This document shows, piece by piece, positions 16,956-26,818 of a stretch of 64,000 bases of DNA (its first letter is position 1; the number at the start of each line of letters is the position of its first letter). The DNA comes from an uncultured delta proteobacterium (GTDB taxonomy: Bacteria > Myxococcota_A > Polyangia > Polyangiales > Polyangiaceae). The DNA is taken from positions 1-64,000 of the forward strand of contig CAWJCS010000001.1 in assembly GCA_963841435.1 (NCBI GenBank), written 5' to 3'. The notes below the pieces were generated by a model, which was not told where the DNA came from, did not search any database, and saw nothing but the letters and a program-made list of their open reading frames with translations. The translations under genes were made by a program, and so were the position numbers.

Positions 16956-17600
16956 TCAGCCGCGCGGGTGCACGCGCCGAAACACGACGAACGAGTACGC
17001 GGCGGGCACGAGGGCCATCACGAGCAGCGTCGGAAAAAGCAGCCAGATGCCCGCTCCGAAAAGCCCGCCGGCCATCAAGACGAGCCCCGCCGCCACGAAC
17101 AGCTTGCCACCGAGAGCGTGCGTGCGCCGCCAGACCTCGTCATCGCGGAGCGTCCACCGCGTGCGGATGCCGACGGCTCGATTCTTGGTCAGCGTTGCGA
17201 GCCGAGCACCGAGCAGTGTCACCAACGCACCGATGCCCACGACCACGATCGTGTTGAGCGGCACGGGTCGGCCCATCGCGGCGAACAGCACCCCAGCCCC
17301 GACCACGAGTAGCAACAGCAGCGTGCCGCGCCGCGCGACCGTGACGACGCGCGCGAGCTCCGGGGTTCGCTCGGCGGCGGGCAGCGTGCGTAAAATGACC
17401 ACGAACACGCCGTACACGAACGTCGCTACGCCGGGCACGACGAAGGCGCCCACCTCTTTTTGCATGAAGCCGTTCGGCACGCCTCGAGCGTCCCAGTGCG
17501 TGGCCATCACGTCGGGCAGGCTCGGGTACGAGAACGCGGCCGTCGCGAAGCCGGCGCAAAGAAACGCGAGATCGAACAGCTCGGCCCTCGAGAGCAACAT
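16956..17600 (-). CDS. SdpI-family / DUF1648 membrane protein
   Basis: LPDVMATHWDARGVPNG and NRAVGIRTRWTLRDDEVWRRTH motifs. Confidence 0.85.
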   Translation of the reverse strand: MLLSRAELFDLAFLCAGFATAAFSYPSLPDVMATHWDARGVPNGFMQKEVGAFVVPGVATFVYGVFVVILRTLPAAERTPELARVVTVARRGTLLLLLVVGAGVLFAAMGRPVPLNTIVVVGIGALVTLLGARLATLTKNRAVGIRTRWTLRDDEVWRRTHALGGKLFVAAGLVLMAGGLFGAGIWLLFPTLLVMALVPAAYSFVVFRRVHPRG

Positions 17601-17683
17601 CCTTCTCGTAGTCGCTAGCAGCTTGGCCCCGAGCATCAAGGGGTCGTGCTCGCCCGGGCGCGATACTCGGTGTATGCGGGCGC

Positions 17684-18616
17684 ATGCGCCGCGACCGGTC
17701 GAGTGACACCGCCGTGATGGTGGCGGCGCTCCGCGCCCTCGCCACGACCGTCGATGACCCGCTCATCGACGATCCTTACGCGGTTCGCTTCCTTCCCGGC
17801 GCGTGGATTTCGGTCATCGGGCTCTCGCGGCGCTCGAGTTGGTTGCGCCGCGCGTTGAGGCTCGGCGTTCACGTCGTCTCGCCGGGGCGCTTCGAGCACA
17901 TTGCTCTTCGCACGCGCGTCATCGACGGGCTCGTTTCGGAAACGGCGGCACGCGGCGTGCGGCAGCTCGTGCTGCTTGGCGCCGGCTTCGACACGCGTGG
18001 GTACCGGCTGAGGTCGCTCGCGGGGTGCGACGTGCTCGAGGTCGATCACCCGGCGACGCAGGCGAGAAAGCGCCGCTTGCTCGGTGACCTTGCGCCGCTC
18101 GGCGCTCGACACGTCTTCGTGTCTCTCGACTTCGAGCGCGAGCGGCTCGCCGCCGCGTTGCACGCCGCGGGGTTCGACGCCGGCCAGCCCGCACTTTTCG
18201 TCTGGGAGGGTGTCACCATGTATCTGGCGCGCGCCGTCATTGCGCGGACGCTCGCCGAGCTGCGAGAGCTCGCCGCGCCCGGCTCGGCCATCGTGATGAC
18301 GTACATGGATGACTCGGGCGCGAGCGGCCCCCCGTCTCGCAGCACGCGCGCGCTCGCCGCCGCCGTGGGCGAACGTTTTCGGTCCGCCCTCTCGCCAGCG
18401 GAAGCCCGCGTCGCCGTCGAGCAGCACGGCTTCCTGGTGACGAGTGACAGCGGTTTTTGCGACTGGGGGCAGGTCCACGGCGTACGGCCGCGGGGTCGCA
18501 CCCAGGAGCGCATCCTTTTCGGGAACGTTCCGGCCGCAGACGGAGCGGGCGCCGCCCTGCCGCGCCCAAACTCGGGCCAGATCGGCCCCCCGGCGGCGGG
18601 CTCCCACCCGGGCTAG
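17684..18616 (+). CDS. SAM-dependent methyltransferase (LCM/Rv0731c-like)
   Basis: DPYA..F, RTRVID, QLVLLGAGFDTR, EVDHP and WEGVTMYL motifs. Confidence 0.9.
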   Translation: MRRDRSSDTAVMVAALRALATTVDDPLIDDPYAVRFLPGAWISVIGLSRRSSWLRRALRLGVHVVSPGRFEHIALRTRVIDGLVSETAARGVRQLVLLGAGFDTRGYRLRSLAGCDVLEVDHPATQARKRRLLGDLAPLGARHVFVSLDFERERLAAALHAAGFDAGQPALFVWEGVTMYLARAVIARTLAELRELAAPGSAIVMTYMDDSGASGPPSRSTRALAAAVGERFRSALSPAEARVAVEQHGFLVTSDSGFCDWGQVHGVRPRGRTQERILFGNVPAADGAGAALPRPNSGQIGPPAAGSHPG

Positions 18617-18720
18617 GAGTTTGGTAAGGGGGAGGCAACTCGAGTCAGGGCCCGCCCGATACGGTGCGTGTTGGGCGCGAGCCCGGATGGGTATTGTTTC
18701 GAACGAACGGGAGTCGAGTC

Positions 18721-19968
18721 ATGCGAGTCTTCGGGGATGCTTCGGTCCTATTAGGGTTTGGGTTTGGTTGTTCGCTCGTTGCCGCCGCGGCGAGCGCGGG
18801 GTGTGGCAGCGACTTCACCGGCTGCGAGGCTTCACGTTCGTGCGGCGCGGCCGCATCGAGCGGCAAGGGCGGTGCGAGCGGCACGGGTGGCACCACTGGC
18901 GAGGCCGGGGCGCCGAGTTCGGGGCGCGGCGGCGGCTCGTCCGGGCAGGACGCGGGCGGTGAAGGCGGCGAGGCCGGCTTCGGCGTTGCGCTCGGCGGTA
19001 GCGGTGGCTCGTCGGTCGGCGGCGGTGCGGGTCGAGGCGGCAGCACGAGCGGCGAGTCCGGTCAGGCAGGCCAGCCGAGCGGCGACGCTGGCATGGGTGG
19101 CGAGCCGCCCGAGCCCGACACCACGCCTCCCACGATCCTATCGGTCGCCCCGGCGGACGGCGCCGTCGGCGTGCTCGCCAACGAGGACATCGTGATCACG
19201 TTCAGCGAGGCGATGGATCACACCACCACGCGGAACGCCTACGATTCGGCGGATCTCCCGAGCGGCTCGGCGACGTTCTCCTGGAGCACCGGCGACACGG
19301 TGCTCACCGTTCACCCGACGGCCGGCCTCGTGCTCGCCCAGGGCACCGATCCGACCGTCATGGCCAAGCAGTACGCCATCGCCATCCGCGAAACGGCGAG
19401 CGACCTGGCGGGCAATCCGCTCGGCAGCGACTACGGCTGGAGCTTTCACACCATGCGGCGCATCACGCAGACGTTGCCCGTGGAAGTCCGCTGGATCGGA
19501 TACCAAAATTCCGTCTGCCCCGGTACGACGACGGGATCCATCGGCTGGTCGCACTATTTCGACACGCCGTACGTCGGTTCGCTATTACTCTCGTTCGACA
19601 TCAGTGGCTTGCCTGCCGGGATCTCGAGCTGGGAAGCCGCCGATCTCCACGGCTCGCAAACAGCGCCGAACAACCCGCTCTTCGGTCCCGCCGTGCTGGA
19701 GTCGACCACGCTCTTTCCAGCGAACCCTGCGCCGCCCGTAGCGTTCCCCACGGTTGCGAGCCTCGGAACGTTCGCCACGGCTGGAGCAGTCGGGCCCGTC
19801 ACACTGGGCGTGGGCTCGGCCCTCACGGAGGCCTACGAGGATCGAGCTGCCCGACATCAGCTCGCGCAGTTCCACTTGTTTCTGAACCTCTACGACATCG
19901 GGGACCTTGATTCCACCACGTCCTACTCATGTAGCTTCGCTCTCGCGCCGACGTATTTGGTCCCGTAG
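18721..19968 (+). CDS. Gly-rich lipoprotein with an Ig-like (Big_5-type) domain
   Basis: Lipobox SAGC, GGxGG linker, DTTPPTILSVAPADGA..IVITFSEAMD and DLAGNPL. Confidence 0.8.
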   Translation: MRVFGDASVLLGFGFGCSLVAAAASAGCGSDFTGCEASRSCGAAASSGKGGASGTGGTTGEAGAPSSGRGGGSSGQDAGGEGGEAGFGVALGGSGGSSVGGGAGRGGSTSGESGQAGQPSGDAGMGGEPPEPDTTPPTILSVAPADGAVGVLANEDIVITFSEAMDHTTTRNAYDSADLPSGSATFSWSTGDTVLTVHPTAGLVLAQGTDPTVMAKQYAIAIRETASDLAGNPLGSDYGWSFHTMRRITQTLPVEVRWIGYQNSVCPGTTTGSIGWSHYFDTPYVGSLLLSFDISGLPAGISSWEAADLHGSQTAPNNPLFGPAVLESTTLFPANPAPPVAFPTVASLGTFATAGAVGPVTLGVGSALTEAYEDRAARHQLAQFHLFLNLYDIGDLDSTTSYSCSFALAPTYLVP

Positions 19969-19992
19969 CCCCGCCCCCCCGGCAAACGTTGC

Positions 19993-20676
19993 TCAGGTGC
20001 CCTCGGCGGTAAGCTCCCGCACGCGAGCCTCCGCCGGCGCGAGCCTCCCCGCGGCGTCGAACGGCACGATTTCGACGTGCTGCTCGGCAAAGTCGATGAC
20101 CACGATACACGGCTGGTCGTCGCGGAGTAGCGTGCCGGCGTTGACGATCGTGAGGGGGCCGAAGCGGCGGACCATGGCGCGGTGGCTGTGGCCGTTGACG
20201 ATGAATCGGTAGCGAGCTTCGTTGACGAGCGTCCAGAGCTCGCTGTTCGAGGTGAGCGCGTAGCCCTCGTCATCGGGCTTGACCTTGGCCATGTCGTTTT
20301 CGCCGAGGCCATGGCAGAGCAAGAGCGGGCCGAGCGGCGTTTTGAATTCGCGCGTTGACGGGAGCGACGCGAGGTACTCGCGGCCCGCCGGGGTGAGCGC
20401 GCCCGCGTCGGTTGCGGCGGGCAATTCGCGCATGGCGCCGGCGAGCAGCCAGCGGTCGTGGTTGCCGCGGACCGCGAGGACGCCGTGCTCGGCGAGCAGC
20501 GACAGCGTCCGCGCGATCGAGCCGTAGCCGTCGGCGATGTCGCCGACCTGGAGCACGGCCTTGGCGCCCGTGGCGGCGAAGTATTCGAGGGCGCGATCGA
20601 CGCGCTCGTCTTCGGCGTGCACGTCGCCGAGCACGCCGACGCGCGCGGGGAGCACCGTGATGTGGGGCGACTCCAT
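19993..20676 (-). CDS. Metallophosphoesterase
   Basis: GDVH, VGD, VRGNHD, CHG and GHSH motifs. Confidence 0.9.
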   Translation of the reverse strand: MESPHITVLPARVGVLGDVHAEDERVDRALEYFAATGAKAVLQVGDIADGYGSIARTLSLLAEHGVLAVRGNHDRWLLAGAMRELPAATDAGALTPAGREYLASLPSTREFKTPLGPLLLCHGLGENDMAKVKPDDEGYALTSNSELWTLVNEARYRFIVNGHSHRAMVRRFGPLTIVNAGTLLRDDQPCIVVIDFAEQHVEIVPFDAAGRLAPAEARVRELTAEGT

Positions 20677-20753
20677 ATTTCCAAGGTAGCAGAGCACGCG
20701 CTACGTGCGCGCACGATGGCCTGCGGGTTTCGCGGCTGGTAATGGTGTGACGG

Positions 20754-21149
20754 ATGTCGGCGGACGACGCGTTCGAGGTGCGGGGGAACAACCCGAAGTT
20801 CTCGTGCCGCGATGGGCCTGCACGAAAACCGGGCGTCGCATTCTCGCAAAAGAAGCTCTGCTTTACTGCGACGAGTCGCGAGCTCCTCGCTCGGCATCTT
20901 CTCGAGCTCAGCCGGCGCGAGGACTGCGTTTTCGTGAAATTTTCCACGCAGCCGCGCGGCGGGATGTTCCTCGGTCGCTGCTTTCTTTCGACGGACGATG
21001 CCGTCGGCCGCGTCTGGGCCGAGTACAAGAGTCACCCCGCGATCTTCTGCACGGTGCAGGACGACGACTTCGTCACGGCGTTCCGCGAGCTTTCGGACAC
21101 GCACGACGAGCTCTGGCTCGACGACGACACGCGTCGCACGACCACATAG
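20754..21149 (+). CDS. Hypothetical protein (131 aa)
   Basis: Globular-looking composition with host codon bias; fills the intergenic gap. Confidence 0.7.
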   Translation: MSADDAFEVRGNNPKFSCRDGPARKPGVAFSQKKLCFTATSRELLARHLLELSRREDCVFVKFSTQPRGGMFLGRCFLSTDDAVGRVWAEYKSHPAIFCTVQDDDFVTAFRELSDTHDELWLDDDTRRTTT

Positions 21150-21297
21150 CGCTGCGCGCGAGCACGCGGCGCCGCACGCGAGCACCTAGCGCGCCCTATC
21201 GTCGACGGCACGCGAGCACGCGGCGTCGTCTCCGCGGTGGAACGGCGTGGGTCGGCGCCGTTTGACACGACGCGCGCCGGTCGCCCCATCAAAAACC

Positions 21298-22398
21298 CTA
21301 TTCGCCGCCGCTCTCGTTGGCCGATAGTCGCTCGAGGTGCGCGTGGACGAGGCGCTGCGCTTTGCCGGAAAGGTCGGAGAGGTCGCCGCTCACGGCGAGC
21401 AGCTTGTCGAGGCGGAGCAGCGGGAGCTTGATCACCTTGCCGTCGGGCAGCTTGACGACGTAGCCCTTCGGCTCGAAGCCGAGGATGGTGATGTGCGGCG
21501 AGTGCTTGCCGCCCGGCTTTTTCAGCGGAATGCCGAGGATGTCGACGCCCGTGCCGGGGTCGAGGCCGCTCGGCAGCTGCACGCGCGAGGTGACCCGCAC
21601 GTCGAGTGTCACGCCGCGCCCACCGTGGGGCACGCGGAGCTCGACCTTGCGGAGCGCCTCGAGCAGCCCCTGGGCGACCTTCCTCCAGGCCGCCTCGTCG
21701 CTCGAGGCTTCGACGAGCTCGACGCCGATCACGCGGCCGCGACCGTCGGTGATGACACGGACGAGCGCGCTGCCGTTCATGATGGAGTCGCTCGCGCGCG
21801 TCTGCGCTTCGAGCAGCGTGAGCACGGGGCCTTCGGGGCCGAGTCCCCGTGCCTGGTCGCTCTTCACGATCGCGTCGTGGAGCGAATGGCGGATCCCCTC
21901 ACCGGGTGGCGGCTTGTCGCCGATGGTGCGCGCGGCATCGGCGAAAAACGGGTTGTGCTCACCGATGCCGAGCTGCTCGAGCGTCAGGCCGGGTGCCTTT
22001 CGTGCCGCTCTACCTTGCCCCGATCCGGGCTCCGGTGAGGGGAGCTCGGGGGCGGGGGCCTGCGCGCCGCTCTCGCCCTGGTCCGCGTCGGTGCTTTCGG
22101 CGGGCCCGGGCTCGGATGGTGCTCGGGGTGCCGGGCCGGGCCGAAGCGCTGCGCGGTGCTCGACAGCGCCGCGGAGCTCGTCGTCGGGCGCCGGGCGATC
22201 GAGCGCCGCGAGGGTCGGCTCCGGGCCGTCCTCGAGCGGCTCGACGAAGACGAGCGTCGCGTCCGCGTCGGGCGGTGGGCTCGAAGGAGCGCGCGGCGTG
22301 CCGTGCCCGACCTCGCGCACGGCGAACAACAGGAACGCGTGGAGCACCGCGGCGACAAGCAGCGCCGCTCGGGATCTTCCGCGTTCCGACAAGGTCAT
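21298..22398 (-). CDS. Membrane-anchored Pro-rich protein with a TonB-C-like domain
   Basis: N-terminal TM with a His (AAVLHAFLL), Pro-rich linker, ALVRVITDGRGRVIGVEL. Confidence 0.7.
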   Translation of the reverse strand: MTLSERGRSRAALLVAAVLHAFLLFAVREVGHGTPRAPSSPPPDADATLVFVEPLEDGPEPTLAALDRPAPDDELRGAVEHRAALRPGPAPRAPSEPGPAESTDADQGESGAQAPAPELPSPEPGSGQGRAARKAPGLTLEQLGIGEHNPFFADAARTIGDKPPPGEGIRHSLHDAIVKSDQARGLGPEGPVLTLLEAQTRASDSIMNGSALVRVITDGRGRVIGVELVEASSDEAAWRKVAQGLLEALRKVELRVPHGGRGVTLDVRVTSRVQLPSGLDPGTGVDILGIPLKKPGGKHSPHITILGFEPKGYVVKLPDGKVIKLPLLRLDKLLAVSGDLSDLSGKAQRLVHAHLERLSANESGGE

Positions 22399-22537
22399 AC
22401 CGGTGACGGGGGCTTACGCCCGCGCGTGTCCGGCGTCGAAGAGAAAGTCGGCACGGGCGGGGCCCGCCGAAAGGAGCGGGGGTGGCGGTCGGCGGCGCAC
22501 GTCGGCGCGCGTCGGCGGAACGGCTCGCGGGGGCGGA

Positions 22538-24961
22538 TCAGCGCCGCGTCGCGGCGCCGCGACTCACGATGCGCGCGATGGTCTCGTTGAAGCGCTTCGC
22601 TTCCTCGGCGCAAGGGGGCGGGCACGAGTCGCGCTTGCGTCGGCCGCAGCCCTTTCTCGAGCCCGTTGCGAGGGGCGACAGGATCGCGATGGTGCGGTCG
22701 TCGCCGAGCTCGGCGGCGCGCGCGAGCAGCGGCACCTTGCTGCTGCAGGACGTGGCCCGCCTGAGGTCGAAAGCGACGGCGAGCGCCGGCGACGCGCGCG
22801 ACATGACATCTTCGGTGGCGAGCAGGGTTTGCGCCTGTTTGCTCGTCTTCGCGTCGCCGAGCATCATCTCGTAGAGTAGGTCTGGCCCGGCGCTCCCCAT
22901 GTGCTCGGTGAGCGCGGCGAACGCGAGCTTGGAGGTTTCGCCGGGCGTCCCCGCGGCCTTCTTCACGAGGAAGCGCAGGTCGTCGTCGACGGCTTGCTCG
23001 GGCGCGGCGTCGAACAGGCGCGCGGCGACCACCATCGCATCGGCGAGACCCGTGGAGCGGCTCGCGAAGGCGATGAGCAACGGCTTTAGTACCGCCGGGT
23101 CTTCGGGGTAGTGCTCGGCGAGCGGCAACAAGCCGTCGACGCCTTTGGCAACGGCCGCGGCGAGCTCGTTGGCGGGGGCGCGCGACGGTTTGGCGGGCTT
23201 CGCGGCTTCCGCGGCTCCACCGACCGCCGGCTTGGCGGGCTTTTGCAGCGCGGCGAGCCGCTCCGTGACCCCGAGCGGCTTGGGCGGGGGCGGCTTCGGG
23301 GGCTTCGGGGGCTTCGCGCGCTCCTCGGCGGCGGCGCGCTCCCGTGCCTCGTGAGCACGCCACACGAACCCCGCGTAGACGATGAGCCCGGAGACGAGCA
23401 CGCCGCACACCGTGAGCACGGGCGTGAGCCGGCGCAGCAGGCGGGGCCCCGGGCGCCGGTCGATCCCGATGCGGGCCCCCGTGAGGCCGCCCATCAGCGC
23501 CGCCACCACGAGGAACAATAGGTTCCAGCCCGCCCAGCCGTGGTCGCCCGTGCCCTCGAGCAAGGCATTGCCCGAGATGCGGCCCACGACGTCGTCGAGC
23601 ACGCGCACCGAGAGTGCGGCAAGGCCGTAGCTCACGAGACCGGCGAACAGGATGCCGCGCACCGAATCGAGCAGTCCGAGCACGCGTGAATGGTTCTTCC
23701 AGACGCTCTTTCGCAAACGCGCGATGACGAGCAACGCGGGCGTGATGAGCGTGCCGGTGACGGCGAGCACGAGCAGCGCGACCTCGGCACGCGTGAAGCT
23801 CAGCCGCCCCGTGAAAAGCTCGACGGCGGGCAGAACGCTCGAAAGGGCCGCGATGAGTAGGAAGAGGCCGAGCGCGCCGTAGAGCGCGAGGCGCGGCCGC
23901 GCCGTGCCGACGGCGCGCGCCTCGGCGTCCAGCATGCTGCGCGAGCTCTGCACCGGCCGCGCCCCGGCCTCGTCGACGATCTCGAGCTCGTCGTGGGCGA
24001 GGAACGGCTCGAGCGCTCGCCGGAGCTCCGTGGCGCTCTGGTAGCGCTCCTCGCGGTTGCGGGCCATCGCGCGTTGCAGCACGAGCTCGAGGTTTTCCGG
24101 GATGCTCGGATTGATCTCTCTCGCGCGCGGCGCCTCCTGCGTGAGCACGGCGAGCACCACTTGCTGCAGCGTTTCGCCCTCGAACGGTGGCCGGCCGCAG
24201 AGCGCCGTGAACAGCACGGCGCCGAGGCCGTACACGTCGGTGCGGGGATCGACGCCCGTGCCGTCGGCCTGCTCGGGGGCCATGTACGCCGGCGTGCCCA
24301 TGATGACGCCGGTCTGCGTGAGCTGGGTGCCCGGCGAGTCGACGAAGCGCGACAGCCCGAAGTCGAGAAGCTTCACCGACGCCCGCGCCGGGATCTCGCC
24401 GCTCTCGTCGGCGAGCAAGAACACGTTGTGCGGCTTGAGATCGCGATGCACGACGCCGCGCGCGTGAGCGGCCTCGAGCGCCCGGCACGCCTGGATGGCG
24501 ACGTGCGTCGCCGTTGGCACGTCGAGCGGCCCGATCCGCTGGATTTCGTCGGCCAGATCGACACCCTTCAGGTACTCGCACACCAGGTACGACTGCCCCT
24601 CGGGCGTCTGATCGACGTCGTAGACGCCGACGACGTTGGGATGCGAAATGCACGCCGCGGCCTCCGCTTCGCGGCGGAAGCGCGCCACGACCTCCGCGTT
24701 GCGCGCGAACTCCGGGCGCAACACCTTGATGGCGAACTCCTTGCTCGCGATACGTGTGTGCCGCGCCCGGTACACGCGGCCCATGCCGCCTTCGCCGAGC
24801 ACTTCGTCGACGATGTACGTGTCGTTCAGCCGCTTGCCGACGAGGTCATCGCGTTCGGCGTCAGGCTGCGAAAGCTCGACAGGGCGCGGACGCGGCGATT
24901 CCTGCACCGTGACGGCAGCCGCGGCGGATCCCCGTCGGAAGGAAGGAAACCACTTCACCAT
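22538..24961 (-). CDS. Ser/Thr protein kinase with a multi-TM region
   Basis: GEGGMGRVY, HRDLKPHN, DFG and GTPAYMAPEQ motifs. Confidence 0.93.
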   Translation of the reverse strand: MVKWFPSFRRGSAAAAVTVQESPRPRPVELSQPDAERDDLVGKRLNDTYIVDEVLGEGGMGRVYRARHTRIASKEFAIKVLRPEFARNAEVVARFRREAEAAACISHPNVVGVYDVDQTPEGQSYLVCEYLKGVDLADEIQRIGPLDVPTATHVAIQACRALEAAHARGVVHRDLKPHNVFLLADESGEIPARASVKLLDFGLSRFVDSPGTQLTQTGVIMGTPAYMAPEQADGTGVDPRTDVYGLGAVLFTALCGRPPFEGETLQQVVLAVLTQEAPRAREINPSIPENLELVLQRAMARNREERYQSATELRRALEPFLAHDELEIVDEAGARPVQSSRSMLDAEARAVGTARPRLALYGALGLFLLIAALSSVLPAVELFTGRLSFTRAEVALLVLAVTGTLITPALLVIARLRKSVWKNHSRVLGLLDSVRGILFAGLVSYGLAALSVRVLDDVVGRISGNALLEGTGDHGWAGWNLLFLVVAALMGGLTGARIGIDRRPGPRLLRRLTPVLTVCGVLVSGLIVYAGFVWRAHEARERAAAEERAKPPKPPKPPPPKPLGVTERLAALQKPAKPAVGGAAEAAKPAKPSRAPANELAAAVAKGVDGLLPLAEHYPEDPAVLKPLLIAFASRSTGLADAMVVAARLFDAAPEQAVDDDLRFLVKKAAGTPGETSKLAFAALTEHMGSAGPDLLYEMMLGDAKTSKQAQTLLATEDVMSRASPALAVAFDLRRATSCSSKVPLLARAAELGDDRTIAILSPLATGSRKGCGRRKRDSCPPPCAEEAKRFNETIARIVSRGAATRR

Positions 24962-25026
24962 CGCTTCGAGATCAACGGCCGCCCGGACTCGGGAGTCTAC
25001 CGGCCCAAGCGCGGACGAGCCATTGC

Positions 25027-25674
25027 TCAGCCGCTGGCTTCGTAGTCCGGCTGGGCGTTCGGGTGGGCTGCCTGGAATGCAGCGAGACCCTCACACGCAC
25101 GCTCGACCCGCCTGAGCGTGGGGAAGGCGTCCACGTCGATGCCGAAGCGCCGCGACGCGTAGAGCTGGGGCACGAGGTAGATGTCGGCAAAAGTCACACT
25201 GTCACTCACCAGGAAGCGACCCGCGCGCTCTCGCGCCCTCGCCTCGAGCGCCTCGAGCCCGCGCCCGACGAGCGACTTCACGAGCGGCTCGGGCTCGACG
25301 CCCGCCTGGTGAATGAATTTGCGGAGCCCGAGGTTCTGCAGCGGCTGGATGCCGCTGTTGACCATCTCGGCGAGCTCCCTGACGCGCGCGCGCGCTTCCG
25401 GCTCGCTCGGCAAGAGCGGAGGCTCGGGAAAGCGTTCCTCCAGGTATTCGAGGATGGCCATCGATTGCGTGAGAAGAAACGGCGACGGTCCGTCGTCGAT
25501 CTCGAGCACGGGCACCTGGCTCATGGGGTTCTTGGCGACGAACTCGGGCGCCTTCTGCTCGCCGCCGCCGCGCAACAGGTGCACGGGCACGAGCTCGTGC
25601 TCGATGTGCTTCAGGGCGAGCGCGAGGCGCACGCGCCACGCGGAGCTGCTGCGAAAGTAGCTGTAAAGTCGCAT
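25027..25674 (-). CDS. maiA: Maleylacetoacetate isomerase (GST zeta)
   Basis: LYSYFRSSSAWRVR, QSMAILEYLEE, SGIQPLQN and AHPNAQPD motifs. Confidence 0.93.
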   Translation of the reverse strand: MRLYSYFRSSSAWRVRLALALKHIEHELVPVHLLRGGGEQKAPEFVAKNPMSQVPVLEIDDGPSPFLLTQSMAILEYLEERFPEPPLLPSEPEARARVRELAEMVNSGIQPLQNLGLRKFIHQAGVEPEPLVKSLVGRGLEALEARARERAGRFLVSDSVTFADIYLVPQLYASRRFGIDVDAFPTLRRVERACEGLAAFQAAHPNAQPDYEASG

Positions 25675-25734
25675 CGGCGGAGCGGCCGCTAGACGGCCGG
25701 GTGGGACGGCGGCAGCGCTTCGCTGCTCGTCCCG

Positions 25735-26709
25735 TCAGCTCGTGACGAGCTGATCGATCGCGCCGAAGATACTCCAGCCGCTCGCGTCGAGCATCTCGAT
25801 GCGAATTCGGTCGCCGGCTTTCATGAAGGCGGTCGTGGGGGCGCCCTTTTTGACCGTCTCCGCCGCGCGCCGTTCCGCCAGACAAGAAACGCCGCGCTCG
25901 GGATCCTCGTTCGACACGGTGCCGCTGCCGAGAATCGTCCCCGCGGTGAAACCTCGCGTTTCCGTGATGTGCTCGACCAGATCGAAGAACGAAAAGTGCA
26001 TCTCCGGGCCTGCGTCGACATCGCCCACGAGCTCGCCGTTGTAGGACGAGCGGAGCCTGAGGTGCACGCGGCCGTCGCGGTACGCCGCACCGAGCTCGTC
26101 GGGCGTGACGGCGAACGGCGCGAACGCCGTGGCAGGCTTCGACTGGAAGAAGCCGAAACCCTTCTTCAGCTCGGTGGGGACGAGATTGCGGTACGTGATA
26201 TCGTTCGCGATCATGACGAGGCGCACGTATTTCGCGGCCTCTGCCGCCGCGGTGGCCCGCGGCACGTCGTCGAGCACGACGCAGACCTCCGCTTCGAAGT
26301 CGAGGCCCCACGCGGGTTCCGGCAAAACGAGCGGATCCCGCGGGCCGAGCAGCACGCCAGAGCCGCCCTGGTAGACGAGCGGCTCGGTTTCGAGATCGTC
26401 GGGCGGGGGCGCGTTGCGGGCGCGGCGCACGAGCCGGACGTGATTGAGGTAGGACGAGCCGTCGATCCATTCGTACGCGCGCGGCAGCGGCGCCGTGAGG
26501 GCGCCCGGATCGAGAGGCGAGCCGAGCGTGGGGTCGGCCTCGAGCCGCATCGCGAGCACGGTGAGCTCGGGGTAGGCCCGATCCCAGTCGTCGAGCGCCG
26601 CCTGGAGGCTCGGCGCGGCGGTCGACGCGCTCAGGAAACGTTGCGCCGTGCGGTCGACCACGGCAAGCGATCCATCGCGCGCGGCCCCCCTTAGCGTGGC
26701 CAGTCGCAC
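25735..26709 (-). CDS. fahA: Fumarylacetoacetate hydrolase family protein
   Basis: PLPRAYEWIDGSSY, YQGGS, DFEAE, FQSKP and GSGTVSN; upstream of maiA. Confidence 0.88.
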   Translation of the reverse strand: MRLATLRGAARDGSLAVVDRTAQRFLSASTAAPSLQAALDDWDRAYPELTVLAMRLEADPTLGSPLDPGALTAPLPRAYEWIDGSSYLNHVRLVRRARNAPPPDDLETEPLVYQGGSGVLLGPRDPLVLPEPAWGLDFEAEVCVVLDDVPRATAAAEAAKYVRLVMIANDITYRNLVPTELKKGFGFFQSKPATAFAPFAVTPDELGAAYRDGRVHLRLRSSYNGELVGDVDAGPEMHFSFFDLVEHITETRGFTAGTILGSGTVSNEDPERGVSCLAERRAAETVKKGAPTTAFMKAGDRIRIEMLDASGWSIFGAIDQLVTS

Positions 26710-26818
26710 GGGTGCGAGCCTAGCAGTCGCGAGGGCGCCGTGTCTCCGTCAAAACGGATGCGTGGGGGGTCCAAAGTGCGAACCTGCTCCATCGAGCGAT
26801 CGGCGCTAGATTTCGTGG